Of a DNA stretch of 64,000 nucleotides, positions 30,667 to 39,498 are shown piece after piece. The first letter of the stretch is position 1, and each line of letters begins with the position of its first letter. Made by a program: the position numbers and the translations under genes. This stretch comes from an uncultured bacterium (GTDB taxonomy: Bacteria > Hydrogenedentota > Hydrogenedentia > Hydrogenedentales > JAEUWI01): NCBI GenBank assembly GCA_963977445.1, contig CAXBPH010000001.1:16709-80708 (forward strand), written 5' to 3'. The notes below the pieces were generated by a model. The model ran no database searches and had not been told where the DNA came from. It saw only the letters and a program-made list of their open reading frames with translations.

Positions 30667-31632
30667 ATGCCCCTTTCTCCCGCCACTATCGCCGTATCTA
30701 TTGTGATTCCCGCCTACAATCAGGCGACGCTCCTCGTGCGGCTGCTGGATTCCTTCCTTGCAATGGGCAATCAGCCGCTCTGGGAAGTCATCATCGTAGA
30801 TGATGCTTCAACCGATGATACCCAGTCGCAGGTGGCGGACTGGCTGGAAAATCACGGCGACGTGAATGGCCGCTACCTCCGCCAGGAACACAATCAAGGG
30901 CCCGGTGCCGCACGAAACCGCGGACTGGAGGTCGCCAAAGCCCCACTCGTGGCCTTCACCGACACCGATTGTGTCGTGAAACCCGGTTGGCTGGCCGCAC
31001 TGGTGGCACCCCTCGACGGAAACAATACGATTGTCGGTGTCGGCGGTGCGGTGGTCCCCTGGAATCCGGATAATCGCTTCGCCCGCTACAACACGGTGAA
31101 CAACACCCTCCAGCCAATCCACGCCCCCGACTATCCCATCCCCTACCTGGTCACGTGCAACTGCGTCTACCGTCGCAACGCGTTGCAGGCTGCAGGGGGA
31201 TTCCCCGACGACATCCCCCGACCCGGTGGTGAGGATGTGGCCGCGAGCATCGCCCTCTACAAGCAAGGCTATCGCTTCGCCTTCGCACCCGACGCCGTGG
31301 TCTGTCACGACTACCGCGACACCTGGCGAAGCTTCATGCGGACCTGGACGAACTATGGATTCGGTTGCGGCCTCGTGGCCCAGCGTATGCTCACCCCCGA
31401 GGAGCGCAACCCCGAGCTGGGCAAATGGGACGGTGACAACTACTGGGGCGTCCAGGCTGTCCGCCCGACCGTTACCGGGGTCCGGTCCCTGATAAAAGAC
31501 CTGCGATGGCATTGGGGCCGATGTCTTGGCCTCAAAACGGCCCCGAAGCGTATACCCGCGCTGATGTTGTTGCGCGTAATCGAAAGGCTGTGCTACTTTC
31601 GCGGCTGGAAACTAGCGCAACGGCAGACCTGA
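30667..31632 (+). CDS. glycosyltransferase family 2
   Basis: VSIVIPAYNQATLL...VIIVDDASTDDT...FTDTDCV (DXD) ... GGEDVA. Internal ATG at 30667 chosen; the ORF extends to 30574. Confidence 0.75.
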   Translation: MPLSPATIAVSIVIPAYNQATLLVRLLDSFLAMGNQPLWEVIIVDDASTDDTQSQVADWLENHGDVNGRYLRQEHNQGPGAARNRGLEVAKAPLVAFTDTDCVVKPGWLAALVAPLDGNNTIVGVGGAVVPWNPDNRFARYNTVNNTLQPIHAPDYPIPYLVTCNCVYRRNALQAAGGFPDDIPRPGGEDVAASIALYKQGYRFAFAPDAVVCHDYRDTWRSFMRTWTNYGFGCGLVAQRMLTPEERNPELGKWDGDNYWGVQAVRPTVTGVRSLIKDLRWHWGRCLGLKTAPKRIPALMLLRVIERLCYFRGWKLAQRQT

Positions 31633-31785
31633 GACGATAGGCGAAATAGTCCTGACCAAGGTCACGCAATTTTCGAACTTCCTACGTAACGCCTCCTGAA
31701 TAACCCAACCCTTTTCCCTTCCAAGCACGGACTGGGGTAGAATCATGCCCGATGTGCACCACAACCTAGCTTCAGGCCTGATCCT

Positions 31786-34134
31786 ATGACGAACACCCCA
31801 CCCATCAAAGCGCCCGCCCTCCGATCCGTTCGTGGATTGGTGCTGGCAGTCAATGAACATGGGGAGCGGACCGACCCGACCACAATCCGCCAGTGGCTCC
31901 GTCTTTCGACCGAAAAGTTCAAGGCCCGGAAGGTGGACCTCTATCTGCCCGAGGCGGATGAGCGCGCCCTGCTACCCTTGTTGGAAGAGGCCGCCCATCT
32001 GGGTCTCCGCCTTTCCTTGCGGTGCACCCCGGTCACCCCCCCGGCAATACTACCCACCCTCGCCGAAGCGGGGCTGTTGGACCTGGCACTCGACGTGAGT
32101 GAGTTGGACGCCCATGTGCTACGGGGCTGGATGGACCAGGCAACATTCGTCGGGCTACCCCTACGGCTCTTCATCACGGCAGAGGCCATCTCGGCGTCGC
32201 CAGACGATTCTTTGATGGACCTGCTTTCCGAAGCCGCGTCCGTACAGGTCTCCTTGGTGGATTCACTCACTGATGTCAGCACCACCGCCGCCCTGCCACC
32301 GGACACGATCGAACACATTATCTCCCTGATTCGGGGACTGAGAGACCGGGGTACCGAAATCCACTGCCTACAGATTCCCTATTGCCAGCTTCCCGAAGAC
32401 CTGTGGCCCACAGTCACCCAACATGCCCAGTGGCTAACCCACCACCAGTACTATCGGCCCGCCGCCCTGGAATTCGTACGAAAACTCAAGAGACTCACGC
32501 CCGCGCGCATGCGCCAGGCCGTAGAAATCGCTCTGGGCGAAGGGGCTTCCTTCCACAACCGTATCGACGATGCCGTGCTGCCCTGGGTGCTGGAGCATCC
32601 GTGGTATTTCTACTGGATTTGGTTCCTGCACAAGCTGACGCGCCGCCTGCCCCTGCGCCGCAAACAGCCCAGCCCTTTCCCAGAGGACCTCACCGAGTTA
32701 GAGGCCCTGGTAGAAGCACACCGCACCGAACAGCGAAAGAACTTGGGCCCGATTTGCGCCCAATGTCGATTTCATCCCATCTGCGACCACCACACGGAGC
32801 TCCTCAAGCAGCGCCTGCCGGGTCGAGCCATCGTAGCCCACCCGGGGGAGCCCCTGTATGACCCCCACGCCTTTCTGGACCCTGCCGTCACCTGGTATGA
32901 CCCTATAGACACCCAGCGGGTCCAGCAGTGGTCTCAGAGGGCCCATCGGGTCGAAGAAGCCCAACAACGTATCCAACGGGAACGACCTACCCGGGAAATT
33001 CCCGCAGAGAGCTATGAGATTCAGGATCACAAGACCCATCGTATGCCCGCCTCGGTACGCTGGTTCTCCTTTTCCACCGCCGAACTGCAGAGCACCGTAC
33101 TCGCCCGCCTGTCACCGCCATTCACAATAAGTGTCACCGTTGGGGGCGGAATGGCGGCGCTCATGGGCTTTGCCTTTGGTCGGCACGCCCGCCTCATGTG
33201 CCCCATGACCGCCTTCAGCCACAAACTGACCCTCCATGTCGACCGTGATGGTTACTACGTCCTCCTGCGGGACGGTGAGCCCGTGATGCCCACGGCATTT
33301 GAAGACGCCGATCTGGTTCCCGAGTATCTGGGCACCGTCGTGGAGCCCCGTATCGCCCTGACCAACATCGACGGGCAAATCGTCACCCAGACGGTGCTCC
33401 TTTGGGAGGAAAAACCCGCGACCACGCCCCCGCCGCCATGCAGGCACAGCGTGGTCATCGTTTGCACGAAGTATGCCCGTCGACTCCAGGCGGCCTTGCT
33501 GGCGCTGGCCCATCAAGAGGGACTGGAGGGCAAGGGACTCGAAGTCCTTGTCGGCTATGTACCCGGCATCGATGCGACCGACGACGTCTTGGACAGTCTG
33601 GCCGCCCAATGCCCCGAATTGACGATAATCCGCATGCCTTTTACCCCGCAGCACGACCGCGCAAAGGGCTTTATCATCAACGAATGTATCGATTTGGCCC
33701 GGGGAGCTTGGATTACCCTCCTGGATGCGGATATCATGCTGCCGCCCGATTATTTTGCACGACTGGATCGTGAACCCGAGGACACCCGATTTGTGGTACC
33801 GGATGGGCGTCATATGTTGTCCCCCGAAACGACCGCACGTGTGCTCCTGGGACTTTCCCATCCCTGGGCGGACTATGACGCCTTGCTCGAAAGTGACGGC
33901 GAATACCGTCACCACGAGTCGGAAGGAGTTCCCCCCGGCTTTTGCCAGAGTGTGCGACGCGCCGTGCTTGAAAAGATTCGATACCAGGAATTGGACCATT
34001 TTGAAGGGTCCGACTGGTGGTTCAGCGCCCAAGTCATAGAATGCTTCGGGAAAGAAACCCGACTGGAGGGCCTCCGCGTGCTCCATCTGGACCATGGTGG
34101 CAGCCAGTGGTATGGTACGGACAGGCACTATTAG
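31786..34134 (+). CDS. large hypothetical protein with C-terminal GT2-like (DxD) glycosyltransferase domain and N-terminal unknown domain
   Basis: C-terminal ~230 aa: SVVIVCTKYARRLQAALLAL...ITLLDADIMLPPDYF (GT-A fold-like). N-terminal ~500 aa without known motifs, except a CAQCRFHPICDHH cysteine cluster. Confidence 0.5.
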   Translation: MTNTPPIKAPALRSVRGLVLAVNEHGERTDPTTIRQWLRLSTEKFKARKVDLYLPEADERALLPLLEEAAHLGLRLSLRCTPVTPPAILPTLAEAGLLDLALDVSELDAHVLRGWMDQATFVGLPLRLFITAEAISASPDDSLMDLLSEAASVQVSLVDSLTDVSTTAALPPDTIEHIISLIRGLRDRGTEIHCLQIPYCQLPEDLWPTVTQHAQWLTHHQYYRPAALEFVRKLKRLTPARMRQAVEIALGEGASFHNRIDDAVLPWVLEHPWYFYWIWFLHKLTRRLPLRRKQPSPFPEDLTELEALVEAHRTEQRKNLGPICAQCRFHPICDHHTELLKQRLPGRAIVAHPGEPLYDPHAFLDPAVTWYDPIDTQRVQQWSQRAHRVEEAQQRIQRERPTREIPAESYEIQDHKTHRMPASVRWFSFSTAELQSTVLARLSPPFTISVTVGGGMAALMGFAFGRHARLMCPMTAFSHKLTLHVDRDGYYVLLRDGEPVMPTAFEDADLVPEYLGTVVEPRIALTNIDGQIVTQTVLLWEEKPATTPPPPCRHSVVIVCTKYARRLQAALLALAHQEGLEGKGLEVLVGYVPGIDATDDVLDSLAAQCPELTIIRMPFTPQHDRAKGFIINECIDLARGAWITLLDADIMLPPDYFARLDREPEDTRFVVPDGRHMLSPETTARVLLGLSHPWADYDALLESDGEYRHHESEGVPPGFCQSVRRAVLEKIRYQELDHFEGSDWWFSAQVIECFGKETRLEGLRVLHLDHGGSQWYGTDRHY

Positions 34135-34190
34135 AAATTGTACCGCTGGTTGGATTTTGTCCGCCAGTCTCATAACTCAAGGAATCACGA

Positions 34191-35447
34191 TTGCGTATCA
34201 GTCTGGTCGATTTACTCTTCTCCTGGCCCCCCAATGGCGGGGCCGATGTCGATCTGTATAATCTCGCAACGGGCCTGACCCGCGCCGGTCACGATGTACA
34301 GGTGGTCGTCGTAAACGACGCCAACTCCTGGGAGCGGGGCGCCATCCACAGCGGACATTTCTCCTTTTCTCTCCTGGGCGTGTCGGGTACGGGGCGCAAC
34401 TTCCATCGGAAGCGGCTGCCTGCCCGTATTCGCGAAGCAGTGGACATGTGGAACCCCGACGTGGTCTTTCTGGGCGATGGCTTCCTCATGAAACCCTACG
34501 TAGGGCTCGCCCTCGCAGACTATCCACTCGTCGTCCGTTACTATGCCTACGAAATGGCCTGTCTCCGCGATATACTCCAATTTAAGGACGGCGCGCCCTG
34601 TCCCAACCACTATCTAAAGACGCCTGGCGTCTGCCGCGCCTGTGCCTTTGAGCATCTCGGCCCGGAGATTAAGTCGGGGCGGCACCACGCGTGGACCCAG
34701 GAATACCTCGCCGCACAGGCCTATGACCCGGGCTATCGAAACGTCGCAGAGGAATTTCTCGGGCGCATTCACAGTGCCATCGTTTACAACGCGCGGATGG
34801 AGGAAAACCTGAAGCACCACTGCGCCGATGTGTATGTGGTGCCCGGCGGTGTGGACAGCCAACGATTCACCTTTGAACCACAGGCCCCAAAATCGCCCAA
34901 AGAATCCAAGCGCATCTTAATGGCGGGCCGGGCAGAAGATCCCATGAAGGGGCTTGATGTCCTCCTGGAAGCGGGCGAGCGCCTCTATCAACAGCGGCGG
35001 GACTTTATGATTCACGCCACCGTGCCCGAAGAAACGCCCATGCCCTCTTTCGCCCTGGCCATTGGATGGCAATCCCACACCTCCCTGGTTGAATACTACC
35101 GGCAGGCCGATATCTGCGTGGTGCCCAGCCGCTGGGAAGAACCCTTTGGCCTCGTCGCCCTGGAGGCCATGGCGACCGGACGTCCCGTATGTGCCAGTCG
35201 TGTAGGTGGCCTGCAGGACATCGTGGTTCACAAAGAAACGGGTTTTCTCTTCGATTCCGGTGATGCCGCCGAACTGGCCAAACAGCTGGACGTCCTGCTG
35301 GACAACCCCAATTTGCGTCAACGCATGGGCATCGCAGCCCACCGACGGGTCTATGCGGAATACCGTTGGCCCCACATCGTGGAAGAGTACTACATCCCCA
35401 TTCTGGAAGCGGCCTGCGAAAGCGGTACGCGGATGGTGGCTCCATGA
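34191..35447 (+). CDS. glycosyltransferase family 4 (GT-B, retaining)
   Basis: EPFGLVALEAMATGRPVCASRVGGLQDIV motif. TTG start with aagga RBS. Confidence 0.8.
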   Translation: MRISLVDLLFSWPPNGGADVDLYNLATGLTRAGHDVQVVVVNDANSWERGAIHSGHFSFSLLGVSGTGRNFHRKRLPARIREAVDMWNPDVVFLGDGFLMKPYVGLALADYPLVVRYYAYEMACLRDILQFKDGAPCPNHYLKTPGVCRACAFEHLGPEIKSGRHHAWTQEYLAAQAYDPGYRNVAEEFLGRIHSAIVYNARMEENLKHHCADVYVVPGGVDSQRFTFEPQAPKSPKESKRILMAGRAEDPMKGLDVLLEAGERLYQQRRDFMIHATVPEETPMPSFALAIGWQSHTSLVEYYRQADICVVPSRWEEPFGLVALEAMATGRPVCASRVGGLQDIVVHKETGFLFDSGDAAELAKQLDVLLDNPNLRQRMGIAAHRRVYAEYRWPHIVEEYYIPILEAACESGTRMVAP

Positions 35448-35890
35448 GCGCTCCCCGCATCTGTGCCTTCTACAGCCGAGGCCCCCACTACGTCCGCCTG
35501 CTTCGGTGCCTCCGGGAAAACTACCCCGATGCCACCCTGGTCGCGGCCATCCCCACCAGTTTTCCCTACCATGCCATTGAAGGGCTGGTGGACGAGACAC
35601 TGCGGCTGGACGACGGAACGAAACCCAAGCGTCTGGCGCAAAATTGGACTACCCTGGGTCAGATTCGTCGCGCGAAGTGCTCTCATCTGGTCATCATGTT
35701 CGACAGCCCCCGGCTCAACCTGCTCAGCGCACTCTCGGGCGCAAGCGTCCGGCGGTGTTTCACCGTCGATGGACGCTTCTACAAACTCAAGCAACCGTTG
35801 ATAACCGTATTCCTGAACTATTTGCGACAGCGGATGACGGGAATGTGGTATTACGCCCGGGCCGGGTGGGGCACCCGCAAATCGCAATAG
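35444..35890 (+). CDS. hypothetical protein (148 aa), translationally coupled to upstream GT4
   Basis: ATGA overlap at 35444-35447 (MSAPRICAFYS...). No family recognised. Confidence 0.35.
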   Translation: MSAPRICAFYSRGPHYVRLLRCLRENYPDATLVAAIPTSFPYHAIEGLVDETLRLDDGTKPKRLAQNWTTLGQIRRAKCSHLVIMFDSPRLNLLSALSGASVRRCFTVDGRFYKLKQPLITVFLNYLRQRMTGMWYYARAGWGTRKSQ

Positions 35891-35905
35891 AATCCCTGCG
35901 AAAGC

Positions 35906-36163
35906 TTAGCCCAGCTGCGCCATGGGAATGGCTTCGTCGATAAGCATGACCGGAATGTCTTCACGGATAATGTAGAGATAGGCACCATCCGCGCGAAGCA
36001 ATCCGCCTTCAATAGGCTGCTCAACATCTTCTTCGCCACGATTCTTCAGGGTCTTGGAGGCGATGGCTTCGTTAATACGATCAATCGTGGCCTGCTCCAC
36101 AAGGCTGACAGCCGTCTTATTTTCAGGACATACCAGTATCTTCAACAGTTCTTCGTCGACCAT
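35906..36163 (-). CDS. Trm112/UPF0434-family small protein
   Basis: MVDEELLKILVCPENKTAVSL...LLRADGAYLYIIREDIPVMLIDEAIP matches the Trm112p-like fold (LxILVCP...IP.ML). Internal ATG at 36163 chosen. Confidence 0.6.
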   Translation of the reverse strand: MVDEELLKILVCPENKTAVSLVEQATIDRINEAIASKTLKNRGEEDVEQPIEGGLLRADGAYLYIIREDIPVMLIDEAIPMAQLG

Positions 36164-36387
36164 CGGATGGATAGCTCCATAGTTACTCAAAGTGTCTCGA
36201 CCGCCGTAATTGCGGCCCATTTGCCCGGGTTTCACGTATCTGCAATACGGCACACACGGACCTTCGTCGCCAAAGGACGGGAGGGCACCATTGTACGTGA
36301 TTCTCCCCACAACACGCTACCTCCACGGCGCAGTTGACTCCCCGCCATCGGGCTTGTAGGCTAAAGTTCAAACGGAGATACAGACTC

Positions 36388-36771
36388 ATGTACAATTGCT
36401 TTAAGTGTGGTCGCTCATGGGAGAGCACCCTGCGGCAGCCTGCGGTCAAGGAAACCTGTGACGGGTGCGGCTCTTACCTGCATTGTTGCAGGAATTGCAC
36501 CCATCATCGTGCTGGGTACCCCAACGAATGCTACATTCCGGACACGGAGAAAGTAGCCAACAAGACGCTCACCAATTTCTGTGACGAGTTTGATTTTGTT
36601 TCCGCTGAAACCCTCGAATCGCGCAAACGGGGCAACAGGCAATCCGACCATTTATCGGAATCCTTGCTTGGTGAATCCAGCGAGCCAGAAAATCTGGAAT
36701 CTGATGTGAAGAATTGGCTGGTAACGTCCGATAAACTTGAGAAAGACTTTACGGACCTTTTCGAGGATTAA
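36388..36771 (+). CDS. cysteine-rich hypothetical protein (multiple CxxC, acidic C-terminus)
   Basis: MYNCFKCG...CDGCGSYLHCCRNCTHH...CYIP. Sits immediately upstream of the sigma-54 activator gene. Confidence 0.4.
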   Translation: MYNCFKCGRSWESTLRQPAVKETCDGCGSYLHCCRNCTHHRAGYPNECYIPDTEKVANKTLTNFCDEFDFVSAETLESRKRGNRQSDHLSESLLGESSEPENLESDVKNWLVTSDKLEKDFTDLFED

Positions 36772-36844
36772 TGCGCCTTGATAATCCGCAGATCTCGTGG
36801 TACTCTCCTGTAGGGTGATTAGTTGCTCATGAAGTGGAAAAGGT

Positions 36845-38224
36845 GTGAATATTAATAATAACGTAGTACATCGTATCCTCGTCGTAGACGACAAGGCCAA
36901 CATGCGTCAAATGTTGGAAGCTGCCTTCACAGAACGAGGCTATGCCGTGGATACGGCCGCCAATGGTCTGGAGGCCACGGAACTCATCAACACCCACACT
37001 TTTGATGTGGTAATTACCGATATGAATATGCCGGAAGCGTCCGGCATTGACGTCCTTCGGGCCGCCAAGGCGGTTTCCAGCGATACCGGGGTAATTATCG
37101 TCACCGCCTTTGGCACCATCGACACGGCCGTGGAGGCCATGCGTCTCGGTGCCTACGATTTCGTGACCAAACCCTTTCGTCTGGCCGATATGGAGCGCAA
37201 GGTAGCCCGTATCATTCGTGCCCGCAGTGGTGCCACCACGCCGCCCGCCCAGACGTGGATTCACCCTTCGGTCCAACATATGGTCGGCGCCAGTCACCAG
37301 ATTCGCCGATTGATGAAACTCATCATTAAAATCGCCCCCACCAACAGCTCCGTCCTCATTACCGGACCCAGCGGGGTGGGTAAGGAACTGGTTGCCCGAG
37401 CCATACATGAAGCCAGTTCCCGTCGGGACAGCCCCTTTGTGGCCCTGAACTGTGCCGCGCTGGCCTCCGGCGTCCTGGAAAGTGAACTTTTCGGACACGA
37501 AAAGGGTGCTTTTACCGGTGCCGATGTACAGCGTGTGGGGCGCTTCGAAAAAGCCCACACCGGGACACTCTTTCTCGACGAAGTGGGTGAAATCGACCCA
37601 CGCATACAGACCAAATTGCTTCGGGTGTTGCAAGAGGGAGAAGTCGAGCGGGTTGGCGGCGGCGATCCCATGAAAATTGACGTGCGCATTGTTGCGGCAA
37701 CCAATCGTGACCTTCGCGAAGCCATTTCCGAGGGCACCTTCCGGGAAGACTTTTACTATCGGCTCAACGTCTTCTCTCTGGAAGTAAGCGCGCTAAAAGA
37801 CCGACGGGACGACATTCCCGCCTTGGTTGATCACTTTCTTCGTAAATTCTCACTGGAGCTCGGCAAAGAGGTGCTTTCCATCGACGACGACGTCATTGGC
37901 ATCCTGCTGAACTATCCGTGGCCCGGTAACGTGCGTGAGTTAGAAAACACGATGGAACGTGCCGTGGTGCTGGCGGAAACCGATCATGTAACCCGCGAGG
38001 AATTGCCACCCCATATGTTGGAGAGTGCGGCCCTGGCGGCAGCATCCCCACAGGCACCTGCCCCACCCCAGGGCTCCCTGATTGAAAAAACGGACCGCTT
38101 GGAAAGTGACTTGATTCAAGGCGCGCTGGAACGCTTTCGTTGGAACAAGACCAAGGCAGCCGAACACCTGGGCCTGAAGAGAACCACGCTTCAATACAAA
38201 ATCAAGAAGTACGGTCTGGAGTAA
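36845..38224 (+). CDS. sigma-54-dependent response regulator (NtrC family: REC + AAA+ sigma54-interaction + Fis-type HTH)
   Basis: REC (ILVVDDKANMRQ...VITDMNMPEASG). Walker A GPSGVGKE, GAFTGA motif (ESELFGHEKGAFTGA), Walker B LFLDEVGE. C-terminal HTH (AAEHLGLKRTTLQYKIKKYGL). GTG start. Confidence 0.85.
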   Translation: MNINNNVVHRILVVDDKANMRQMLEAAFTERGYAVDTAANGLEATELINTHTFDVVITDMNMPEASGIDVLRAAKAVSSDTGVIIVTAFGTIDTAVEAMRLGAYDFVTKPFRLADMERKVARIIRARSGATTPPAQTWIHPSVQHMVGASHQIRRLMKLIIKIAPTNSSVLITGPSGVGKELVARAIHEASSRRDSPFVALNCAALASGVLESELFGHEKGAFTGADVQRVGRFEKAHTGTLFLDEVGEIDPRIQTKLLRVLQEGEVERVGGGDPMKIDVRIVAATNRDLREAISEGTFREDFYYRLNVFSLEVSALKDRRDDIPALVDHFLRKFSLELGKEVLSIDDDVIGILLNYPWPGNVRELENTMERAVVLAETDHVTREELPPHMLESAALAAASPQAPAPPQGSLIEKTDRLESDLIQGALERFRWNKTKAAEHLGLKRTTLQYKIKKYGLE

Positions 38225-38365
38225 CAGGCCGCGTGGTCGAGGGTCTGTCGGTGAGGTAAATTCGACGTTGCCGTACGGAGTGTCGTCCCCCACCCACTAC
38301 AGCTTCACCGGTCGCTCCTGAGAACCCAACGCCCAACGCCTGCACATTGGGCGGTCAGCATCCGC

Positions 38366-39172
38366 CTAAACGGAGGGTGCGTGATCGGCAGGCATTTCTG
38401 CCGCGCTGTATACCATGAACTCCGTCACGGCCGTGACCTGATTTTCAGGCAATTCGAGGGCCGTCGCCGCCAGGACAGGCTCCAGAACCGAAGAGAACAG
38501 CAATGCAAAGGGCGATTCCTGTGCAACCGCGGCCTCCAGACTGCCCAGCGGACCATCAGGCCCTTCCACGGCAAGCACGTCTCCCAGAGCCATCGTATTT
38601 TCAATGAAAGCGTTCCCTGAAGCTGCCGGACCAAAATCGGAGCCCGGTCGTACATTTGCAAGATACACAAACCTGCCCCGGCCAAGTATCGCGAGGGTCT
38701 CCTCCTGGTCGTAGGTCATTTTTGGGAAAAGCGTATCGGTTGCCGTAGGAGATCCATCGGAAGCTCCTGCCACCGTTTCGCCCGTTTGCTGGCTTTCGAT
38801 GATGCGCTTCAACGCGGTCAATTCCCTTTCGCAGGGAACATTCTCACTGGACTCAATATCATCGACCATCGAGCGCAGTCGATCGATCGCCTGAAGTAGC
38901 AGGGTTGTAACTTCAGAATCCAGAGGCAATTCGCCATCCCGAAGCATCATCAGTACGTTTTCCATACGATAACTTAAATTCTTCAGGGAATCATAAGCGA
39001 GGAAGCCCGCGCCACCTTTGATGCTATGAAGCACCCGGAACACCCGACTTATCACTTCAGGGGATACTTCTCCCTCCGCCATTCGCAGCAGATCCGGTTT
39101 TATAGCATCCAGATGCTCCCGACTCTCCGTTACGAAGTCGCTGACCAGACTTTTATCTAAAAAATCGCTCAT
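38366..39172 (-). CDS. HPt (histidine phosphotransfer) domain protein with uncharacterised C-terminal region
   Basis: N-terminal HPt motif VFRVLHSIKGGAGFLAYDSLKNLSYRMENVL, as in CheA P1 / Hpt domains. About 150 aa of C-terminus is unassigned. Confidence 0.55.
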   Translation of the reverse strand: MSDFLDKSLVSDFVTESREHLDAIKPDLLRMAEGEVSPEVISRVFRVLHSIKGGAGFLAYDSLKNLSYRMENVLMMLRDGELPLDSEVTTLLLQAIDRLRSMVDDIESSENVPCERELTALKRIIESQQTGETVAGASDGSPTATDTLFPKMTYDQEETLAILGRGRFVYLANVRPGSDFGPAASGNAFIENTMALGDVLAVEGPDGPLGSLEAAVAQESPFALLFSSVLEPVLAATALELPENQVTAVTEFMVYSAAEMPADHAPSV

Positions 39173-39498
39173 TACGTACACTCCTGCCCATGCTGGGCGG
39201 TATATACTCCGCCGTGAACCTCAGCATAAACCAGTCAACAAGATTTGGGCAAGGGAATTCGCCCAATAACATATAAATCACGCACCCAGCACCAAATAAC
39301 ATCAATTTTTCTTCTTTGCGGCTATCCCTATCCGAAAATTCCGTCCAACGTCACCGCAAATTAGTGTCCTACCCCGGTTTCAGCGCACCCTGGATCTATT
39401 GATGAACCTCCGCCTTTTGCTATCAAACGGTTAGCGAGAATGCAGGTGCATCCCTCCCGAGAATCCGTTACACTACTACCCTGTTCAAGCTGAAGAAC

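Noticed and set aside
33112-34173. 353-aa minus-strand ORF (and 30808..31512, 35390..35887, 34917..35600, 40777..41637, 41322..41960, 48013..49257, 46740..47486, 59370..60194, 60300..61022, 62776..63642 minus; 16898..17641 plus; 18605..19354 minus)
   Set aside because: All lie antisense to genes with strong family motifs and show Gly/Arg/His-rich low-information composition. These are spurious long ORFs expected at this GC content.
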